DNA of 43,742 nucleotides from Octopus bimaculoides. Lineage: Eukaryota. A program made the translations under genes and the position numbers. The stretch spans positions 64,757,250-64,800,991 of the forward strand of contig NC_068985.1 in NCBI RefSeq assembly GCF_001194135.2, in the 5' to 3' direction. This document shows, piece after piece, positions 34,797 to 43,742 of the stretch. The notes beneath the pieces are model-generated. The model was not told the DNA's origin, did no database searches, and worked only from the letters and a program-made list of their open reading frames with translations. Positions within the stretch are counted from its first letter, which is position 1; every line of letters starts with the position of its first letter.

Positions 34797-36143
34797 TCAA
34801 AAGGTGGAGACTTTCAGATGATCAGTTTTTAAGTATAAATATATAAATATGTATATTAATAGATCCAACTTCACAGAGTACAAATGATGAAGAAAACTGA
34901 AGAGGTGGAAGAACGGTATTATAAGTCCAGCTGTTTCTGGGGGCTCAGAGAGCCATAACAACATTGGTAGATGTAGTTCACCAGAATATGCAGCCATAAT
35001 TGGATAAGCGAAGCCTCTGTCATCTGGGTAGAGAAGATCTTAATGCAGAGAAATTCAAAGATGGAATGGTTAAATGTGGAGAAGTAGGAAGGTAGGGGGA
35101 GGTTATGGGGGAGGGGATATTAAGACAGGGAATGGTGAGAGGAGAAGAGATAGTTCAAGAAGTGTGAGGGGTTAATAATGAGGATACTAAGGGAGGTGGA
35201 GAGTTGGGAGATGAATAGGTGTAGGATTGATAATATTTGAATGGTAGTCAGTTGTGTTGGGTTTGTGTCTAGGTATCAAAGTTTAGGGATAATAGCTATA
35301 GAATTATTGGAAGTTAAGATAATGAGAAAAGGAATGGCAATTATTTGAGGGAGGAAAAGTGTCTAGTTCAATAGTATAGGGAGATTACTAAGGTATAAGT
35401 GAAGATAGAGGGAGGTGGATATAGTGGGGGGGTTAGTTGGTGGCCAAGATAGCAGTGGTTAGAATAATGAATGTAGGTTGGAGGGGAAGGCTATGACTGA
35501 GTTGGATGTGATAGATTAGAGGAATTGCAAAGGTAACAATGAGAGGGAATAGTTTAATAAGAAGGGTGGTATTAGTTGAGATTGTAAGTTGCTAGGTTGA
35601 CCTTGTACCTTAAGGTTAATTTTAATTAAGGATAATTATAGGATTACATAGATTTAATAAGATGAACAAATGATGAGTAGAACATGTGTTTACAAGAGAG
35701 TATTACATGTGAGAATCTATTAAGTAATGAGGGGTTGTGGTGGTGAAGGATGGTTAGCGATTCCCTCACAATGGACCAGGATAGGGTATAGGGAACATTT
35801 TGTGATTTGAGGTTGTATATATAAGTTGCTGAGGAGGTAGATAATTTAGAATTTGAATTGGAGAAAGAGTTCATGTGTGTACAGTAGCAACACTTGAAAT
35901 CAACAATGCCACCAATATAGACCCTTGTTTGATGGGAGCCTGGTGTTATAACACAGCATTTGTAGACTACATTTTCACACAGACAGAAACTTCTAAGAGG
36001 GCAGAATTGAGATACCCAATAATTGCAAATTTTCCTACCTGCTCTGCAGTTAGAGCTTACTGCTAGGGAGGTCAGGTTCCTATGGTCCATTATTAGTAAA
36101 GAAGAACTGGAAGTATATCCAGTATCAGTACTGGATTAGGAAG
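34797..36143 (-). mobile_element. Penelope-like element 2, 3' part (GIY-YIG + pLTR)
   Basis: NCR...CPLRSFCLCENVVYKC...VYIGG...FK...THMNSF...WSIV at ~35760-36050. The 3' end (34797-35010, minus) is homologous to 39843-40085 (plus). Confidence 0.8.
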
Positions 36144-38179
36144 GGATCTAGGACTATTCACCATACAGATATTTTGCCACAAAGACCTTTGTAGTAAAGC
36201 ATAAGAAGAGAAGGATAAAAAATAAAAATAATGAAGGTCATACACTTTATTTAAATAGTGAAGCTAAAAATCATGTAAGTTCATTGAAATTGCATGCAAA
36301 TAATGTTTTTGATTTTGATAGTAACCTCTGACAATGCTTAGTATGTGCTTATAAATATCTTTGTATTTTTTCTTGGTTGCGGTTTCTCCTCTTCCTGCAT
36401 TGTTTACCTTCTTTCTAGAAAGAGATTCTTCATTTCTCAAGACATTGATAAGTTTCCATAAATTTGGATGATATTTGTAACGGATGCTTGCATCGCATTA
36501 TGGAGACCTTCAACTCCATTGTCAGTGTTAGTCAGTTGATTTAGGGTTCTTTCATACAAATTCCAAAGACCGATAGGAAAAGTAAGAGGAACTCTACAAA
36601 CTCCCCTGCCTCTCTCTTCACTAATATAATGCATTTCAAAATATGCCACAAGTTCTTGTGGCAGGTCATTGTCATCCACAAGCTCTATAAATGCACAATC
36701 AGTTTGATATCACACCTTAAGCCCAATATCTGTCACCTTTCTGTAAACAATTTTACAGAAATGAAAAAAAAAATAGCCTGTTACATTTGCAGATGGAAAA
36801 TTGTCAGAAAAACTTTGAAAACTAGCTTGTTCAAAACTAATCATTAGATTTTCAGGTTTTAGGGACGTGAGCAAACCTTTAACCTTTTGAAAATACTCAT
36901 TGTATGTCTTAAGAGTCTTATTCAGTACAAACCTTAAATGTTCCATCGCATACCCAATTCTTATGTATTTCTAGATCATGCAACCCTGCATTCATACCAA
37001 AAATCAACATTCTGTTTTCGTCTTCCATCCCACTATTGTAGAATAAAAATCTTTCTCTGTTTTGGAAACATGTAAATTCTTCAGGAATTACAAAGCTGAT
37101 TCTTGATCTAGGTTTAGTAGGGACCTTTTATTCCTTTTGTCTCCATCTTCTAATGTTTCTTGATAAATTTGAAGTTGATGGCATCATCCTCTAATTCCCT
37201 ACATGTAGCACCAATCAAAGATCTTGAAGCTAACTGGGATTTAAGTGCATTTTCTTTCATATTTGTTATTGCTTCTTGCATTTTTGGTTGGCTAGGATTA
37301 GATAGATGTATATGTTCACTTACAATTTTACAAATACAAATCACTTCACTATTCAGTTTTGTATAAACTCTTGCTTTACAGTTTGTATCAACACACTTCC
37401 AATAGACTTTGCCTCCATGTTTTCTTTCTTGCCTACAAATAAAGTTAGAGTCATCTATGAGCTTATCGCAACCTCTGCTGCTTTTAATAGTGTACGGCAC
37501 CGTAAGGGTTTAAGGTTCAACTAAAAGAAAAAGAATGTATAAACGGTTGAGGTAACCTCTCAAAACAAGCCTTTTGCTTTGAATTTTCAAGGTAAGCTTG
37601 TTATTTTTAAATAAATGTTAAACAGCCTTTCTACTTTTAAATTCTCATTTCAGTAATTAATGATGCAGTTTCAAATTTAACCCTTTTGTTACCAATCTGG
37701 CTGAAACCACCTCTGGCTCTGTAGTACAAATGTCTTGTTTTCATAAGTTTTGAATCAAAATCTTCCACCAAACCTTAGTCACAATTTATGTTCTTAACAT
37801 TAGCTTAATGATAACTAAGTTAATTTACTAAATTCTTTGTTATATTTAAAATTAATTGAAAGAAACACAGAGCATCTCAAAATAAATGCGGTAATGAAAG
37901 GGTTAAACAACCTTTCTGCTTTTAAATTCTCATTTCAGTAATTAACAATACAGTTTCAAATTTAAACGATCTTTACGTTTTCAAATTATCATTTCAGCAA
38001 TTACTGAAAATGACTGCTGTAAATACTATTCCTTTATCTACCTTATTCAATTAACAATGCAATTTCAAGTTTCTAAGCTGTATGGCAAAATGTGCTTGCA
38101 GTGAAATATCCATACGGAAAATTGTCTTATGGTGAATAGTCCTCTGGCCAATTGTCCTACAGCAAATTGTCCAGTCACC
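36144..38179 (-). mobile_element. MULE DNA transposon 2 (FLYWCH + transposase), inserted in PLE 2
   Basis: KVYWKCVDTNCKARVYT...EHIH, FEQASFQSFSDNFP...FHFCKIVYRKV and FPIGLWN...TDNGVEGLHN. Ends are GGATCTAGG...CAGTCACC. TSD is ATTAGGAAG (36135-36143) / ATTAGGAGG (38180-38188). Confidence 0.88.
37681..37902. mobile_element. piggyBac-type MITE (222 bp)
   Basis: TTAA-CCCTTTTGTTACC ... GGTAATGAAAGGG-TTAA. Confidence 0.85.
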
Positions 38180-40085
38180 ATTAGGAGGGAGTATCATTGC
38201 TAGTATATGTGCTCACATGGGTAGTATTGTGGGAAGATGCTGTGAGTCTGTTATTATTTAGCTGAGGAGAGTTACTGAGGGTTGTATTATTGCCACTAGA
38301 TGGGTTAAGGTGAGGTACAGTGGGACAAATTTCAGGTTCCAAGGATTGGTGTTATAGTTTGCATCTGTTAGAGGAGGTGATTGTGGATCTCAAACAGATG
38401 ATTTATGAAACATAGGGTCGTATTTATGCTGTGATGGGAAGTAAAAGTTTAGGGTTTTAAAGAAAAGTTTGGGTAAAGATTTAAGTTGGAGAGAGAAAGG
38501 TGGTGCAAATCATAGGATCCCCCGCTTCCTGCCCTTAGAATGTTTAGAGAATGTGGGTGGATCAAGACAGGAAGGTTTATAGTTATTATAGGCTCGAGGT
38601 GGCCAGTGGGGCTGTCAAGTGCTATGTGTATGAGGTTTTTTTTGAGAGTTGATAGATGTTGAGTGGAAGAAAGATCTGTGGATTTGGGGTTAGTATTAGG
38701 AAAGGGATGTGCAATTTTTGTTTTAAGCTTAGTATTAGAGATATAGGAGATATTTTCATGGAAGCCACTTATCTGGAGAGCCTGATTATAATACAGGACA
38801 TGGTTGTTAAAAATTTCTTCATTAGCTGATAAGTTGGAGAACTGATAGAAGTACCTGTGACTATATTATTAAGGTAAGTTTAGGGTGATTTGATTGGAGG
38901 TTGGTATACTGATTGGGTTTATGGAAAGGGTGATATAGATTTGTATTTAACTCCAGAGTAATTTTTGAATGTGACACTTAGGTTATAGTTTAAAAAAAAG
39001 TTAATGTAGGGCTTTCTTGGTGCATTCCGTAGAAGGTTGAGATAACCCAGTTGCTGTAAAGAGTGCATCATCACTGTAGAGTCATCTGGAGAGGTTAGGG
39101 AAGTATTATTTAATTTGGGAAAGAAGAAATAGGCCACTAGGTCAGTAACCTGGGCTGAGTAAGATGAGCCCATGGTTATATTGATGAAATTGGTAGATGA
39201 ATTGTGGGTCCAGTAATTATCCTCAAAGTGAATTAGAGTTCTCCTAGCAGCCAGGATGATATCAATGTCAGATCAAGAAATAGATGCATACGTTCAAGTG
39301 AAGATTAAGGTTTTATTTAAGAGTATTGGTGATATTGAAGAAAAATAATTAGAGATGTCAAATTGAAGGAAATGTGTGTGTTGTTTATCAGGAAGAGAGT
39401 GGAACAAAGTAATGACATTACCAGTACAATTCCAAATCTTAGTCCTAACTAGGGGTAGAATTTGGTCGATAATGCATTTACTGATTCAATCCAAGTCTGA
39501 TTTAGTGGTTTGTGGTCTTTCAGGGTGAAGTGGTGGGGGATTTAGGTATATATGGTTCATTTCTGTTTAGTAAGCTTAGATCAGTGATGAGCTTAAGTGG
39601 ATGTTGTTAACATCCTTAAGTGCATGTTTATAATTTGCGTTAAGTTCCTTTGATATAAGGTTGGCATGGGGATGGAATATATATTTCCAGTTTTGTCATA
39701 AAAGACATGTAGGTGTGGTTAACTCCTTATTTTAGATATAATTCTAGATATGTCCTTTTGGAAAGAATTAGTTTTATTAGAGAACGTAATGTCTTTTATC
39801 ATATGAAGTAAATCTTTTTCAAAGTTGTCTAATACATGCTTGTCTTATCCAATATTGATTGCATCCATTACAGCCACATATTGTGGTGAACTACATCTAC
39901 CAGCATTATTATGGATCTCCAAACCCCCAGAAGCGGGTGTTGGACTTTAACACCTTTCATCCACCCTTTTAATTTTCTCTGCCATTTGTACTCTGTGTAA
40001 GTTGGACCTATTAATATCGATATCTGTATACTTGCACTTAAAAATTGATCATCTTGAAGTCTCCACCATTTGCTTTCTCTCATTT
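38180..40085 (-). mobile_element. Penelope-like element 2, RT part plus inverted pLTR
   Basis: Minus frames give ISKCIIDQIL, FLQFDISNYFSSISPILL and NITMGSSYSAQVTDLV (PLE-type RT). An inverted pLTR copy lies at ~39843-40085. Confidence 0.75.
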
Positions 40086-40219
40086 TGCATGTATACATAT
40101 ATACATATTTTGTATTTCATACCCTATTATATTTAATATATTTAATGTTTATCTACATAATTACCTTATTCTCTCTCTCTCTCCCTCTCTGTATGTAAAT
40201 ATATGTGTGTGTGTGTGTG

Positions 40220-43112
40220 TCATCATCATCATCGTTTAACGTCTGCTTTCCATGCTAGCATGGGTTGGATGATTTGACTGAGGACTGGTGAAACTGGATG
40301 GCTACACCAGGCTCCAATCTGATTTGGCAGAGTTTCTACAGCTGGATGCCCTTCCTAACGCCAACCACTCAGAGCTCAGAGAGTGTAGTGGGTGCTTTTA
40401 CGTGCCACCTGCACAAGGCCAGTCAGGCGGTACTGGCAACGGCCACGTTCAAATGGTGTATTTTATGTGCCACCCGCACAAGAGCCAGTCCAGGGGCATT
40501 GGCAACGATTTCGCTTTCGCTTGCCCCAATAAGTCTTTGCANNNNNNNNNNNNNNNNNNNNNNNNNNNNNNNNNNNNNNNNNNNNNNNNNNNNNNNNNNN
40601 NNNNNNNNNNNNNNNNNNNNNNNNNNNNNNNNNNNNNNNNNNNNNNNNNNNNNNNNNNNNNNNNNNNNNNNNNNNNNNNNNNNNNNNNNNNNNNNNNNNN
40701 NNNNNNNNNNNNNNNNNNNNNNNNNNNNNNNNNNNNNNNNNNNNNNNNNNNNNNNNNNNNNNNNNNNNNNNNNNNNNNNNNNNNNNNNNNNNNNNNNNNN
40801 NNNNNNNNNNNNNNNNNNNNNNNNNNNNNNNNNNNNNNNNNNNNNNNNNNNNNNNNNNNNNNNNNNNNNNNNNNNNNNNNNNNNNNNNNNNNNNNNNNNN
40901 NNNNNNNNNNNNNNNNNNNNNNNNNNNNNNNNNNNNNNNNNNNNNNNNNNNNNNNNNNNNNNNNNNNNNNNNNNNNNNNNNNNNNNNNNNNNNNNNNNNN
41001 NNNNNNNNNNNNNNNNNNNNNNNNNNNNNNNNNNNNNNNNNNNNNNNNNNNNNNNNNNNNNNNNNNNNNNNNNNNNNNNNNNNNNNNNNNNNNNNNNNNN
41101 NNNNNNNNNNNNNNNNNNNNNNNNNNNNNNNNNNNNNNNNNNNNNNNNNNNNNNNNNNNNNNNNNNNNNNNNNNNNNNNNNNNNNNNNNNNNNNNNNNNN
41201 NNNNNNNNNNNNNNNNNNNNNNNNNNNNNNNNNNNNNNNNNNNNNNNNNNNNNNNNNNNNNNNNNNNNNNNNNNNNNNNNNNNNNNNNNNNNNNNNNNNN
41301 NNNNNNNNNNNNNNNNNNNNNNNNNNNNNNNNNNNNNNNNNNNNNNNNNNNNNNNNNNNNNNNNNNNNNNNNNNNNNNNNNNNNNNNNNNNNNNNNNNNN
41401 NNNNNNNNNNNNNNNNNNNNNNNNNNNNNNNNNNNNNNNNNNNNNNNNNNNNNNNNNNNNNNNNNNNNNNNNNNNNNNNNNNNNNNNNNNNNNNNNNNNN
41501 NNNNNNNNNNNNNNNNNNNNNTAATTAACCTGCCTTTGATGTTGCTGCACCTCTTATGTGTCCATAGCTTGCACTGGGTACATCTTATAGAGTTACTACC
41601 TACACCTTTTCTACATATTGAACAGGGCCATCTACCTGAAGGGGTTTGTGTTTTATCTACCTTCCTACTTATTAGGACTTTGGCTTTAGCTATGTTTACT
41701 CTAAGGCCCTTCGATTTTAGTCCCTGCTTCCACACCTGAAACTTCTCCTCTGTACTCTGTACTCATTTCCAACCCTCACCTTATTGACAGCATCTCTATA
41801 CATGGCTCGCACAGCTCTCACTAACCATTCTTCTATCCCAAGTTTCCTCATTGACCACCAGATAAGGGATCGGGGGACCCTGTCAAAGGCTTTCTCCATG
41901 TCAACGAAAGCCAGGTACAGAGGTTTATCCTTAGCTAGGTATTTCTCCTGCAGCTGTCTTACCAGAAATATAGCATCAGTGGTGCTTTTCCTTGGCACGA
42001 ACCCAAACTACATCTCATCTAAATTGATTCGCTCCCTATTTAGTTTGGCTATGACCCTCTCCGTGACTTTCATTACCTGATCTAACAGCTTGATGCCTCT
42101 GTAATTATTTGTATCTAAAGCATCACCTTTACCTTTGTAGCAGTTGACTATGGTGCTGCTACACCAGTCATTGGGTATGACTCCTTCGTGTATCACCTGG
42201 TTCGCAATACGGGTGACTAGGCTATAGCTGGCACTGCCAGATATTTTGAGCATCTCTGCAGTCATTCCTGATGGGCTGGGGGCTTTCCCTGTCTTCATAC
42301 TCATAATTGCTTTATCTACCATGGTACTGTCAACTCGGATAGCTGGTCCTTCTGTTGGGTCGACATTTGGCAGACTCTCTTTCTCACATTCATTCTCTTT
42401 ATTGAGCAATCTTTCGTAGTGGTGTCTCCAAACCTCTTTCTTTGCAGCCTCATTCAGTGCAAGTGTACCATCATCTATGCAAACTTATTTCTCTCCTACG
42501 ACGTCACGATTCCCTCTCACACTCTGTCTTGCAACACGAAATACTTCAATTCTTTGGTCCTCACGGCACAGAACATTGGCAAACTTTTTCTTATCTCCTT
42601 CCCCTCTGGCTAAGTAAACCTGTCTCCTAGCTTCCCTTCTGGCAGTCTGATACAATTCCCTGCTACCTCCATTCTGCCAGTCCTTCCAAGCCTGTTTCTT
42701 TTGTCTAATAGCCTTGTCAACCACATTGTTCCACCACAACGTTACTTTGGGTCGGGAGGGGACTTTACACCAGCCACAGATCTGATCGGTGGCTCTCAAC
42801 AAGTTGTCCCGTAGAAACCTCCAGTTGTCTTCTACGTTATATGATGCTATATCCCCTTCTATTTCGTCAAATGCTTCGAGTAGTATGTCCCTAAATCTCT
42901 GTCCATATGCAGGATCTTTAAGCTTCCAGACCCTTCCCCTCCAAGCCGGTCTACATCTGGGCATTCTTTTTGCCTTGATTTCGAAGTCGCTAACTACTAA
43001 CCTGTGTTGAGGGATACATTCTTTGCCAGGGAAGGTTTTGGCATTTATAAGCTCCTTATTTCTGGCGAGGATGTAGTCGATTTGGCTAGAGTGTCTGCCG
43101 GAACGATAAGTG
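40220..43112 (-). mobile_element. RTE LINE (least decayed copy), 5'-interrupted, with a gap at 40542-41521
   Basis: Long open frames QIDYILAR...PQHRLVVSDF, NYRGIKLLDQ, FVDMEKAFDRVP and GLRVNIAKAKV...WPCSICRKGV, ending in a (GAT)n tail. Confidence 0.92.
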
Positions 43113-43114
43113 AC

Positions 43115-43742
43115 TATATATAATAAGTAAATAAATGGAGTTAAACACAGATGTTTTTCAAATTCTTTTACTTTCGACATATGTTTCGAACATTTAGTTC
43201 ACCTTGCACTCTACTTCAATAGAGAAATTTACTTTCAAGCCTTTTAACATATTTTCAGCCAACATATCCCTCTATTTTTCTCCTTTATTTGTTCTCTTCT
43301 TATTATCTCTTTACCCCTTCTCTTCCTATGGTCTACCTTTGACGTCAGATCTACTAAAGGTTATTTCAAGAATACTTAATAGCATTCTGTTTATCATTTA
43401 TGCAGTCATGAAAAATTGTTATAAATACTTGTTGTTGAGATTAGTTCTCTTTCTTTCCTGATGAGAAGATTACATTATTTTACACTGTTTATTCCTTTGG
43501 AATAAAACCAATGTTGTCTTCAAAACATATTTCGAAAGTAAAAAAATTTGAATAACATCTGCTTTAACTCCATTTATTTACTTATACTATACAAATTACT
43601 GCACATTAACCCGGAGTTTCTACCTTTGAATAGGTCACTACATCCTTGTTACTTGCATGAATTTTGCTACCCTGGTAACTGTTTATTCAATTTTCCATGT
43701 TAACTGTAAACAAAGGATAATTCATTCATCCTTTTTATATAT
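43115..43742 (+). mobile_element. Probable PLE pLTR with an inverted 5' copy
   Basis: 43115-43191 is the reverse complement of ~43517-43591. Contains the HHR at 43453-43538. Confidence 0.65.
43453..43538 (+). ncRNA. Type I hammerhead with a long stem II (G12 mutated in this copy)
   Basis: CTTTC-CTGATGA-GAAGA...TCTTC-AAAAC-ATAT-TTC-GAAAG. The inverted copy at 43171-43190 preserves GAAAC-ATAT-GTC-GAAAG. Confidence 0.75.

Noticed and set aside
34900-34990. Hammerhead in the PLE 2 pLTR (CTGGTGA...GAAACAGCTGG)
   Set aside because: The core, stems and cleavage triplet are too degenerate, and the homologous copy at ~39880-39950 does not restore them.
1-43742. Intact host protein-coding gene
   Set aside because: Every recognisable coding segment is TE-derived and disrupted, and no coherent exon chain was found.

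Overview
AT-rich animal genomic DNA made almost entirely of decayed, nested transposable elements and microsatellites, with six N-gaps (~3 kb). No intact host gene, rRNA, functional tRNA or CRISPR array is supportable. The repeat families ((GAT)n-tailed RTE LINEs, tRNA-derived SINEs, dense (TA)/(CA) tracts) resemble those of octopus/cephalopod genomes; this is an inference from memory, not a database match. Elements found: a Tx1/L1-clade LINE with a 19-bp TSD, five RTE copies with a PHD-like finger inside the RT, CR1 fragments, a Rep-less Helitron, a Mag-like Gypsy element, two MULE transposons, a REL-endonuclease LINE fragment, a Tc1, a piggyBac-type MITE and several Penelope-like (PLE) elements. 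The most interesting signals are: (1) at least four unrelated hammerhead ribozyme (HHR) motifs plus one half-motif; (2) the Tx1 LINE inserted in the same sense just upstream of the HHR of a ~342-bp retrozyme-like repeat; (3) a TSD-flanked PLE insertion linking a GIY-YIG C-terminus, a tRNA-derived Pol III head and an HHR with an intact catalytic core; (4) two multi-layer nested insertions that can be reconstructed from LTR and TSD evidence. All calls were made by eye; boundaries are approximate unless a TSD or TIR is quoted.
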